From Nitrosopumilus sp. (GTDB lineage Archaea; Thermoproteota; Nitrososphaeria; Nitrososphaerales; Nitrosopumilaceae): a DNA stretch of 64,000 nucleotides. Below the pieces are notes generated by a model that saw nothing but the letters and a program-made list of their open reading frames with translations, had not been told where the DNA came from and did no database searches. Below, in pieces: positions 51,341 through 62,500 of this stretch. The stretch lies in NCBI GenBank assembly GCA_963667665.2, contig OY763927.2, positions 1,792,001 through 1,856,000 of the forward strand. The letters run 5' to 3'. The translations under genes and the position numbers were made by a program. How positions within the stretch are numbered: the first letter of the stretch is position 1; each line of letters starts with the position of its first letter.

Positions 51341-52721
51341 TGTCGGTGACAGAAGAGACGTCCCATCCGGAGAGGTCGCCGTTGAAGGAGGAGGCGGAGT
51401 TGAACATGCCGGACATGTCGGTGACAGAGGAGACGTCCCATCCGGAGAGGTCGCCATCAAAGTCAGAGGTGTAGAAGAACATGCTGGCCATGTCGGTGAC
51501 AGAGGAGACGTCCCAGCTGGAGAGGTCGCCGTTGAAGGAGAAGGCGGAGTTGAACATGTCGGACATGTCGGTGACAGAAGAGACGTCCCAGCTGTTGAGG
51601 GGTTGGTTGAAGGAGGAGGCGGAGTTGAACATGCCGTTCATGTTTGTGACAGAGGAGACATTCCAGTCGGAGAGGGTGCCGTCAAAGGAGGTGGCGCTGA
51701 AGAACATGGATGACATGTCGGTGACAGAGGAGACGTTCCAGCTGTTGAGGGGCTGGTTGAAGGAGGAGGCGCCGATGAACATGAGTGCCATGTCGGTGAC
51801 AGAGGAGACGTTCCAGCTGTTGAGGGGCTGGTTGAAGGAGGCGGCGTTGTGGAACATGCCGTACATATCCCTGACAGACGAGACGTCCCAGGATGAGAGG
51901 TCGCCGTCAAAGGATGTGGCACTAACGAACATGGAGGACATGTCGGTGACAAGACTCAGGTCCGGCGTGTCAGTGGCCATGTAGGTCATGTTGGAGGCTC
52001 CGGCAAAGGCGTTACTCATGTTGGTCCAGGATATGCTGCCCCACTGGTCTATCGAGGCAAGCTCGGGTACGAGGCCGGGTAAGCTAAAGGAGTCGGGAGG
52101 CCTGTCCAATGTAAGTCCTGTCAGGCCGCCGGTCACAGAGACCGTGTAGTTGCCTGCATCTTCATAGGTGTGGGTCTGGGGTCCCGAGAGGTTCGTCTCA
52201 GTCATACCGTCCCCCCATGAGATGTTCATGTCGTCTCCCACAAAGTTGATGGTGATGCTCTGGTCTGCCGATGCCGTCTTCCACGTGGTCACAAACGCGT
52301 CGGCGGGAGGAGTCTGGGCAAAGGCATACTGGGGCTGCGGCACGAATGTGGTGATATCATTCACACCATCAAGCTTCAGGCTGACGGTATCTGTGATATT
52401 ATCAACGGCAGTCAAACTCAATACTGCATGCACCGCATAGGCAGCATCCAGCACGCCTGTAAACAACATATCTGCAAACGTGTCTGCAATTTGGCAGGCA
52501 ACAATCAGGTTTGACATCCCCTCCCATGCTGTTACTGCCTGCACAGGGGCGTGCTCAGACAGCCCTGTATCAGGCGTGTTGTAGCTGCCGTCTGTTCCGG
52601 CCAGAGTCGCACCGATACAGCCTGACTGTGCAGCCAGGAGAATGCCTGCAGATATGGCAAACACTGCAATGACTGACAGCACGTGCACGGTGCGAATCTG
52701 GTGATATAAATGACGGTTCAA
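51219..52721 (-). CDS. Mirror copy of the giant-protein 5' part
   Basis: Translation identical to the 48430 copy up to the junction. Confidence 0.6.
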   Translation of the reverse strand: MNRHLYHQIRTVHVLSVIAVFAISAGILLAAQSGCIGATLAGTDGSYNTPDTGLSEHAPVQAVTAWEGMSNLIVACQIADTFADMLFTGVLDAAYAVHAVLSLTAVDNITDTVSLKLDGVNDITTFVPQPQYAFAQTPPADAFVTTWKTASADQSITINFVGDDMNISWGDGMTETNLSGPQTHTYEDAGNYTVSVTGGLTGLTLDRPPDSFSLPGLVPELASIDQWGSISWTNMSNAFAGASNMTYMATDTPDLSLVTDMSSMFVSATSFDGDLSSWDVSSVRDMYGMFHNAASFNQPLNSWNVSSVTDMALMFIGASSFNQPLNSWNVSSVTDMSSMFFSATSFDGTLSDWNVSSVTNMNGMFNSASSFNQPLNSWDVSSVTDMSDMFNSAFSFNGDLSSWDVSSVTDMASMFFYTSDFDGDLSGWDVSSVTDMSGMFNSASSFNGDLSGWDVSSVTDRRPIRRGRHQSQRCRRTWPACSTPPPPSTNPSTAGSLKGD

Positions 52722-52835
52722 GTGCTGTCACCTCCCCCCATGTCTCCAAAAGATGACATTAGACGATCCGATTGCAAAATGACGTTATAATTATGACTAG
52801 AAATCAATGACCTGTTTTTTATTATAAAATATTTA

Positions 52836-53920
52836 TGTCTATTGGTTATAGTCCGAAAATCTATTGTACGAAAATTAGGTCCAGTTAAGATCAAGCTTAC
52901 CGTAAAGGATTATTTTGTTCTGCATCGATCAAGAAAAAAGATGACAAAACGTTTGACTGCCAAGGCCATACGTTACGCAATGGGGCAGATCAAGAAAGGC
53001 ACGAGTTCGTCGGCGGTAGCAGTCCAGATAGGTGTGACTCCACGGCACGTAAGGAGACTTTGGGCAGAGTTTTGTGCTACCGGATCTCCACACATCCCCA
53101 GAATGCCAGGGCGACTGGCGACCTGGCCGTCCTCAGACGAGGTGCAACTGGTACTGGACGAGCACAGGCGAGAAGATGTGGGCGTGCTGCGCACCGCGAT
53201 GAACCTGCGAAAAGATTATGATGTAAGCTACGCCAAGGTATACCAGGTCATGAAGGAGAACGGACTGGTGGTTCTGTCGACTGCCAAATCCCGCAGGCGG
53301 AAGTGGATACGCTACGAACGGAAGCATTCCAATTCAATGTGGCATACGGACTGGCACGTCATGAAGGATCCGCGCTTTCGCGGCCTGAACCTCATAACCT
53401 ACCTTGATGATGCATCCAGGTGCGTGACAGGTGTGTAATATATGAAAATTATGTCCGCTAGTCATTTGTGTCTACCTCCATCCATTGTGGGTCATTTGTT
53501 CTGATTGCTTCTGTAGCCTTCCTGGCAGAAAACGCCTTGAGCGGGGTCTCGTAGTTGTGCATGTCCAGCGAAAAGTGGAGTCGTCTCTCGTTGTAGTATT
53601 CAATGTACTCGGACAGGCTCTCGTAGTGGTGTATCTCCTCCTCAATGCTCCTGTGGAACCGTTCAAGCTTGCCGTTGGTCTGAGAGTGATACGGTCTTGA
53701 ATTGATCAACTCTATGCCAAGGTTCAGCAGCTCGTTCTCAAAGATGGTCGGAGTCCAGGTGCCGGTAAGCTTCTTGCGGCCGCCCCTGCCTACAAAGCAC
53801 GATCCATTGTCTGACAGTATGGTTGCAGGAGTCCCAAACTCCCTGATGGCCTGCCTGAGCGCCACGACCGCGTTCTCTGACGTGGCTTCCTTGAACAGCC
53901 TTGCACCTGTCACGCACCTG
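52836..53920. mobile_element. Mirror copy of the split IS481
   Basis: Reverse complement of 47231-48315. Confidence 0.8.
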
Positions 53921-55134
53921 TATCATATGATATCATATTTGTACCACTTACACTGTTTAAAATATAATCTGAATGACATATTAAAGCACACCCATGTGAT
54001 ACTCGTTGGGCATATGTTATTGGTACATTCTCATAACCTATACATGTTATAATGTAACTATCCTGAGGTTGTGCAGATGAACCATATGATTCACTAAATA
54101 TGAATCTGGTTGCACTCAATACTAAAACTGCTGCAAGGATTGCGATGTAATGGCTCTTCATGAAAATTACATCATATAATTAGATAAAAGAATTTTTTAT
54201 CTAATTATTATTTGGGATTTAATTATAATTAACGAATATCGTATTTGGTATCCAAATCTGTGGTAAAATAGGTGTGGTTGTATACTGGTTGTATGACTAG
54301 ATAAAGCTACAAGAAGCTACAGAATTGCGGATATCGCTAATTTTCTAGGCGTGATGAGCTACAAGGATATGTAGTTTTGGTGTGATAGTATGAGGATTTG
54401 TGACTAGGAAAAGCTACAAAAGCTACGAAAGCTACAGGGTATTTTCCTAGAGTCTAGAAAAAAATAAAATACAAAAAATAATTTTTTCAAAAAGGAACTT
54501 TAAAGGGTGTAGCTTCTGTAGCTTCTGTAGCTTATTGAACTAAATACAAATAATGGAATATTATATGAAAATTATCATAAATTACACATTATAATGTATA
54601 ATTTTTACAACTGAAATTTTGAAAAAGCTACAATAAGCTACACAGAAACAGATATTTTTGACGTATATTTGGAGGATTTCATTATAACATCACAGTTTGA
54701 GTGGATTGAATCATCAGTGAAATGATTGCATTTTACACATTTTATTTTTAATGGTTGCTCGCATATTTTACAATATTCCAACACCTTTAATGGTTCACCA
54801 CAGTTCCTGCAGCAGTCAATTCGCATGATTAGTTATTTATGATATCATTTTATAATTCTTTAATTGAGGTAAAGGATCTAGTAATTATGAAAATAATTAC
54901 AGGACTTGGTGCCATGAGTATTGGTATTTTGATAATATTAATTCTAACAAGAGAGTAATTTTTCAAGTTATAAAAAAATCGGATTCAGTGAGGGTATAAT
55001 GTACATTGATGACAAAGACTGTAAGGTGGTGGCCAAGGTTTCTCTTCAGAATGGAAAACTAACATGTACAATACATACTGAGATGTGTGAACATGTATTA
55101 TTTGCTGGAATGTGTTCAGATATGAATAAACTTG

Positions 55135-56217
55135 TTAGCCCACTTCTTTGAAATTTTTTCGTACGAATAATTCAGCTTCAATTTTTTCTAATCTTTCTTT
55201 AAGTGATTCATTTTCTCTATTTGCTTCTTTGAGATTTTTAATCTTCATTTCATTTATTGTTTGATCATAAACAAATAATTTTGGTTCTAATTCTAGATAC
55301 ATCTCAAGTTTTTCTTCATCAGATAGTCTATCATAAATTGGAAGATACCCTTTATGACCTGTCATTTTATGAGCATATCCTAGATCATGTGTTCTTGCAG
55401 CACGTGTATGATAATATGCACGAAATGAATGTATTGTGATTTTTCTTGTACCAGAATCATATCTTTCTATCAATCCAACTTTATCTGTATAACTTGCAAA
55501 TGTTTTATCTTCTGCAACTACTGCTGATTCTCTATTGTCATTTGTACCCCACATTAAATCTTCATTATTAATTCTGTTATATTTTCCAATATTGTGTTTA
55601 GTTGCTTCAATAGATGTGTAGACTGTTCTTGCAATTTTGGTTTTTGTAAACTTTGCAGAAATGTAAATTACCATTCTTCCCTCGATTATTTTTATGTGTT
55701 TTTTTCTGATTTGTGCTGTTTCACCAACACGCATTCCAGATGAAATTAAAATAAGGTAGAGTGATTTTTTGGCATAATGTGCACAAGATAAAATAGTTAT
55801 AATTTCTCCTACTTGTAGTGGATATTTTTCTTCTTCAGTTTGTTTTGGGATACTAACATTTTCCTTAATGTCTTTGTCAGTTAGTTTTAGACCTCTATAA
55901 TGCATGTATGATTTTATACATGAAAAATAGATTTCAAGTGAGTTCAGATATGTTGCCTTGTCTACACTCCAATTAACCCAATCTTGATATACATCACAAG
56001 TGGCAGATTCCATCTGACGTAGCTCAAATGATAATAGTTCTGCTATGACATCTTCTGATGAGTGACTGTATTTTTCACTACAGAATTTTTCAAAATGGTT
56101 AAGTGCTATTCTTGTAGAGTTCTGTAATGATGAACTTTTCTTTGAAATCTTTTCAGAATAACTTTCCCTAGTTCTCTCCCTTATCAGAAATGTCATGTAT
56201 AAGCACGGCAAAACCAC
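55135..56217 (-). CDS. Tyrosine recombinase (mirror copy)
   Basis: Identical protein to 44934-46016. Confidence 0.8.
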   Translation of the reverse strand: MVLPCLYMTFLIRERTRESYSEKISKKSSSLQNSTRIALNHFEKFCSEKYSHSSEDVIAELLSFELRQMESATCDVYQDWVNWSVDKATYLNSLEIYFSCIKSYMHYRGLKLTDKDIKENVSIPKQTEEEKYPLQVGEIITILSCAHYAKKSLYLILISSGMRVGETAQIRKKHIKIIEGRMVIYISAKFTKTKIARTVYTSIEATKHNIGKYNRINNEDLMWGTNDNRESAVVAEDKTFASYTDKVGLIERYDSGTRKITIHSFRAYYHTRAARTHDLGYAHKMTGHKGYLPIYDRLSDEEKLEMYLELEPKLFVYDQTINEMKIKNLKEANRENESLKERLEKIEAELFVRKNFKEVG

Positions 56218-56282
56218 CTTTTTAATTACACTATTCGTTCTAATCTAAAGAGTTTAATTATTCATTTTGTGTTTTTTAAAAC

Positions 56283-56354
56283 GGTACTCTGGCAGAACGG
56301 TTATGCGTGGGCCTGCAAAGCCTATACAAGGGGGTTCGACTCCCTCGGGTACCT
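56283..56354 (+). tRNA. tRNA-Cys(GCA) (mirror copy)
   Basis: Reverse complement of 44797-44868. Confidence 0.85.
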
Positions 56355-56764
56355 TATTCAACAACTACCTGTCCTTTCATCCAAGGATGAAGAGTACAAA
56401 AATAATCATATGTGCCTGTTTCATCAAAAGTAAGAGTATAGGATTCAAATGGATCTAAATGTCCACTGTCAAAAAGATCAGTTGGTGTATCGTAAAAACC
56501 AGAAGTGATACTATGAAACGCTGAATCTTCATTTACCCATGTTACTTGTTTTCCTTTTTCAATTACAATGAGAGAGGGAATATAACATCTATCAGTTTCT
56601 TCACATCCTGGGCGAGAAACTTTTGTTGGCATTATCACATCGCCTTTAATGAACAAGTCTGTTTCATCAACAGTTTCTTCAGTAGAAGAATTAGAAGAAA
56701 ATAAAGCAATAATTACAACAATTACTACTCCAATTACCCCTGTAGCAGTTATTTGTTTCAGCAA
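56354..56764 (-). CDS. Blue copper protein (mirror copy)
   Basis: Identical to 44387-44797. Confidence 0.8.
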   Translation of the reverse strand: MLKQITATGVIGVVIVVIIALFSSNSSTEETVDETDLFIKGDVIMPTKVSRPGCEETDRCYIPSLIVIEKGKQVTWVNEDSAFHSITSGFYDTPTDLFDSGHLDPFESYTLTFDETGTYDYFCTLHPWMKGQVVVE

Positions 56765-56826
56765 ATCATATCATATCCAGAATAGAGTTATTACATAATA
56801 TCTGGCTGAATTACCAAATATTTTGG

Positions 56827-58067
56827 TTACTGATAATCACGCGGTCTTGTAGTTTTTGATTTAAAAAATAGTATTATTCCAATAGATAACGGTACAAAAA
56901 TAACAATAAATGTGTAAATTACTGATATAATTTTACCAGGTACATCATCTTGATTGTACACAAATGATGGAAAATAGAATATTAATGAGATAACACCAAC
57001 ACCCCCATACAAAATCAATACATAATAAATTATTTTTAATTTTTTAGAAGTCATAAAAAAAGAAAAAGGGGTTAGTTGTAGTATATGTTGCACCAACACT
57101 ATGGATCTGTATTAATCCAAGTTGATTGTTGTGATTCATTGAGTGAATCTATGACTGGATAAATACATGTGTTAAGCATACTGTCCTCGTACTCTAATCC
57201 TCCTCCCTTTTTACAATAATGGTGTTCTAGATAGTTATCTATTGCATAAAATGAAAAAACTGTACAGATTATTAAAATTGGTATTAATAATATAATTCCA
57301 ATAATGATTAAAATTTTTCTTTTATTCAAAATAAAAAAGGAAAGAAAGTGTTAGTTACTTTCATGCCATTGCCAAACATAAACATCCCACCACCACGTAG
57401 GGGCGACATATTCGTTTAAGTTTGAATTTGGCTCATTGAATTGACCTGTTGCACCTATGCCTTTGTAGGTTTGACCACCAACATAGAAGTTCTGATTATA
57501 TCCTATGTTGTCATGAGTTATGACCTGTTGATCTCTAAATTCACCGCCAGTACATCCTCCATACTTAAATGAAATCATTAAATCCGATCCTAGACTCGAA
57601 GGGCTTTTGATCTAATACTATCAATCATTGGATTGTGAAAACGTTATCACATACAATATGAATAATACAAAATAAACAGCTGTTGAGATACTGGCCAAGT
57701 ACAGGCTTTTTTTAATTACTTTTTTGTTTTCATATGCTAATGAATTTGCAACCATAACATACCCCACGAATCCAAATAATGATGAAAGTAAATACCAGAA
57801 AAAATTAGTCATTTTATAATCCTAACTTTTGATACTGCGGTATTACATATAATTTTAATATAATAAAAAAAAGTGGGGTTACCACTGTGTAGGAGTTCCT
57901 ATTTCATCAGCATGCCATACTGCAGTATAATATACCCACCACCAAACTGGTGATGCATAATCAAGGAATGATGGATTTGGCTCTTTAATTTGCTTGTTAA
58001 AATGCCATTGGGAGTCTTCTTGATCAAGAACTATTTGATCTCTAAATGCTCCTGGATTGCAGTTGTA
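56827..58067 (-). other. Mirror copy of the Trp-rich cassette / small membrane protein array
   Basis: Identical translations to 43084-44324. Confidence 0.75.
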
Positions 58068-59594
58068 TAGCAACGTGCATAAGTTTCTGTACATGATATT
58101 TTAGGACCATCATAGGCATAATGCCTCTTGTCTGGGGAATACACCAAAAGCACAAAACAAAATGCATGGAAAATTAAAATTCAGATTCATGTATGGCTAT
58201 ACATATCACATTGGAAAAAAATGCAGGCGCCAACATGATACATACAGAAGATCAAACTATTCGTACAATCATTGTTTTTGTGCAGGTTTAGACGATACCT
58301 GGTGTGATACAATGTCGGGATTTGGCGGATCATCCATCTTTATGAATGGCCGCATGATTCCTTTGGGCGGTTTTCTCTTCCAGAATTTCTTAAAATTATA
58401 ATCAAACTTGTGTACCCTGATAAATTCATACACTGCTGCCAGATGTGCATCCTTGCCTGCATAACGTATGGAATGATTCATTACACGTTTGAGTACGCTC
58501 CATACTTCCTCTACGGGATTCAGATATGGATGTCCGATAGGATACCACAGGACAATAATGTCGCGCTCTGCAAAGAATCTTTTCGTCTCCTTGGATGTAT
58601 GCCGCGGTGCCTTGTCTAGTATCAGGACCATCTTGCCTACCTCCATGTACACCTTGTCCATATGTTCTAGAAAGGAAGTGGTATTGACAGTCTGACAGTG
58701 ATTAAAAAACTGTCTGCCGTCTTGTGTCATGCTGCATATCATTGAGAATCTATGAAATCCTCCGCTCCATAACATGAATATGCGTAGGCACAGTTTTGCC
58801 CAATATTTTGCAGACATTGCAGCGTCCTTAAAGTGTGATTCATCTTGTGTTACAATTGTATATCGCATCTTTGTGTATCTTGCAATCTTTTGATACAGGC
58901 TGGCTCTCCATTTGTTCACCTCTTCTATTGGTGTTCTACTAACCATGATTGGCTGTGTCTTTTTTCTAGAGTATCCCCACTGTCTGGCATATCGCCTTAT
59001 CTGCGAGATGCCAAGGTTTTTTCCAGACATCTCTTCTAGTTTGTCGTGCAGTTCTACGGGTGTAAATGCGCGTTCCTCGCACCAATGCCTTGCTTTGTTT
59101 AGAATTTTTCTGTCTATCTTGGGTGGACGTCCTGACCGTGGTTTGTCTGAGAGGGCCTGCCATATTCCATGAAATGATTTTGCAGCACATGCAAACCTGC
59201 AATGTTACATGGCAACAGTACGACGATCACAACAAGATATTTTGGCAGTATTGACAAATGTTTTGATTACCATAAATGCCAACAGCATGGATAACCGACG
59301 TGATATGCAGCCTGCATGTTCTACTTTTTGCACTTGTTTTAGCATTTTATGTCCATGCATGTGTACATTTAGTGAAACAAATTTTTGACTTTTCCTATTT
59401 AGTAACAGTACGGTTAAATTGACGTTCGTGTGAAATGCCAAGATAGTTCTAATTTACAAATTTGTGTGAAAAAAATACGTTGAAGGTATACAGATGCTGT
59501 TCGGAATGCAGGAGACGATGATTTACAAAGATGTGATGATCAAGGGACGACGATGCCCAGAAATTGGCTGTACAGAAACTTATGCGCATTGCTA
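58068..59594 (-). mobile_element. IS630 element (mirror copy)
   Basis: Reverse complement of 41557-43083 with 2 substitutions noticed. Confidence 0.85.
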
Positions 59595-62500
59595 TAGGTA
59601 TGCGTGATGTCCACTGCAACTGAGACGGATGTGACGGTCCCGGAATCAGATACTGTGATGGTGTCAGATACGGTTTGAAGGTCAGGTATGGCAAGGTTTG
59701 GGGATCTTGTCTGCGTGAACTGTTCGGCAGAGGTGGTGGTGGTGCCTCCCCCTGTGCTGTCAGGGGACAGGATAAAGTCAGATGCATCCACCCCCGTAAC
59801 ATTCTCGCTGAAGGTCACCTTGTATACCAGTGTCTGGCTGTCGGTGTTTTCTGCTGCCGGGCTGTACCTCTCAATTGATGCAAGTGTGGGGGCAGTGACA
59901 TCTGCAGGTATGGTGCTGACGGTGTATGTCTCGTCAGTTCCGGTGGTGGGGATAGTGTCAGTTAGAGGGTTGGCTGCGGCATCGGTGATGCTGTGGCCGG
60001 ATGACACAAGATCAAGGTTGTAGGTACCGTCCTGCGCAGCAGAGAGCGTTGCATAGTACACATCACCGGAGCCTGATATCGAGGTAACATGGGTGGCAAT
60101 GTCAGAGTCATGATTGACTGTAAGCATCCAGCTGTTCAAAATGCCGTCGTCTGCACTGTAATCGTCGTGCATCTGTAAGGTCCAGTTTCCTGCGATGGAG
60201 ACGCTGCCAAAGTCAGGCGTGTAGGTCTGATCTATGTTAGCCGAACCGCTTGAGTGGTCGTGCAGCGTTTGAACCGTGCCGTCAGGGGCGATGAGGTCTA
60301 CCTTGAGATCGACTACGTATTGGTGGGCGATGTCCACTGCAACAGAGACGGATGTGGCAGTGCCGGAGCCGGTAACTAGGATGGTGTCAGTCACGATCTG
60401 ATCGTAGGGTATGGTGATGGCAGGCGTTCTTGTCTGCGTGAACTGTCCGGAGCCGGTACCGTTGCCAGTGCTGTCAGGAGATAATGTAAAGTCAGATGTG
60501 TCCACCCCCGTAACATTCTCGCTGAAGGTCACCTTGTATACCAGTGTCTGGCTGTCGGTGTTTTCTGCTGCCGGGCTGTACCTCTCAATTGATGCAAGTC
60601 TTGGGTTGGTGTTGTCTGTGACGGTGGTGCTGACGGTGTATGTCTCGTCAGTTCCGGTGGTGGGGGTTGTGTTGTTAAGGAGGTTGTTCGCTGCGTCCCT
60701 GATGCCGTGTCCTGACGAGACGAGGTCGAGGTTGTATGTTCCGTCCTGCGTGGCAGAGACTGTCACATAGTACACATCACCTGAACCTGAGATGCCGGTG
60801 ACGGGGCTGACAGTGGTGGTGGTGCTGTAATTGATGGTAAGTGTCCAGCTGTTCAGGACTCCTGGATCGGGAGCATCCCTGTCATGTATCTGCAGGGTCC
60901 AGACACCTGAGATGGGGATGCTTCCAAATAGCGGGGCGTACGGCTGGTCTATGTTGTCGGTGCTGCCGCCAGAATTGTCGTGTAGTGTTATTGAAGTGCC
61001 ATCAGGGGCAATAATGTCTATCTTGAGATCGCCGATGTAGTTATGCGTAATGTCTACTTCAACTGAGACGGAGGCGACAGTTCCAGAACTGGAGACTGTG
61101 ATGGTATCAGATACAGTTGCAAGGTTAGGTATGGTAAGGTGGGGGGATCTTGTCTGTGTGAACTGTCCAGTTGAGGTGGATGTGCTTTCTCCCCCCGCAC
61201 TGTCAGAAGACAAGGTAAAGTCAGATACAGTTACTCCCGTGACATCCTCGCTAAAGGTTGCCTTGTAGACTAGTGTCTGGTTGTCCGTATTCTCGGTTGC
61301 AGGAGTGTACCGCTCAATTGATGCAAGTCTTGGGTTGGTGTTGTCTATAACTGCGGTACTGACGGTGTATGTCTGGTCTGCACCGGTGGTAGCCGTGTTG
61401 GTCAGCGAGTTGTTTGCAGCATCGACAATGTTGTGGTCTGATGAGACAAGATCAAGGTTGTATGTTCCGTCAGTAGATGAGGAGACTGTAACGTAGTACG
61501 TGTCGCCGGAGCCTGAGATGCCGGTGACTTGGGTGGTGCCGCTGACTCTTCCCGTACTGCTAGGAGACAGGACAAAGTCGGATGCAGTTACTCCCGTGAC
61601 ATCCTCGCTAAAGGTTGCCTTGTAGAGTAGAGACTGGCTGTCCGTATTCTCGGTTGCAGGAGTGTACCGCTCAATTGATGCAAGTCTTGGGTTGGTGTTG
61701 TCTATAACTGCGGTACTGACGGTGTATGTCTGGTCTGCACCGGTAGTAGCCGTGTTGGTCAGCGAGTTGTTTGCAGCATCTGCAATGTTGTGGTCTGATG
61801 AGACAAGATCAAGGTTGTATGTTCCGTCCTGCGTGGCAGAGACTGTCACATAGTACACATCACCTGAACCTGAGATGCCGGTGACGGGGCTGACAGTGGT
61901 GGTGGTGCTGTAATTGATGGTAAGTGTCCAGCTGTTCAGGACTCCTGGATCGGGAGCATCCCTGTCATGTATCTGCAGGGTCCAGACACCTGAGATGGGG
62001 ATGCTTCCAAATAACGGGGCGTACGGCTGGTCTATGTTGTCGGTGCTGCCGCCAGAATTGTCGTGTAGTGTTATTGAAGTGCCATCAGGGGCAATAATGT
62101 CTATCTTGAGATCGCCGATGTAGTTATGCGTAATGTCTACTTCAACTGAGACGGATGTGGCAGTTCCAGAACTGGAGACTGTGATGGTATCAGATACAGT
62201 TGCAAGGTCAGGTATGGTAAGATTGGGGGATCTTGTCTGTGTGAACTGTCCAGTTGAGGTGGATGTGCTTTCTCCCCCCGCACTGTCAGAAGACAAGGTA
62301 AAGTCAGATACAGTTACTCCCGTGACATCCTCGCTAAAGGTTGCCTTGTAGACTAGTGTCTGGCTGTCCGTATTCTCGGTTGCAGGATTGTACCGCTCAA
62401 TTGATGCAAGTCTTGGGTTGGTGTTGTCTATAACTGCGGTACTGACGGTGTATGTCTGGTCTGCACCGGTGGTAGCCGTGTTGGTCAGAGGGTTGTTTGC

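Noticed and set aside
27035-52721. Diversity-generating retroelement (TR/VR pairs)
   Set aside because: No reverse transcriptase in the window, and the differences between repeats are not adenine-specific.
48430-52721. Shufflon-like invertible cassette between opposed giant-gene 5' ends
   Set aside because: The junction is scrambled, there are no discrete recombination sites, and the symmetry extends over the whole region, which better fits a fold-back.
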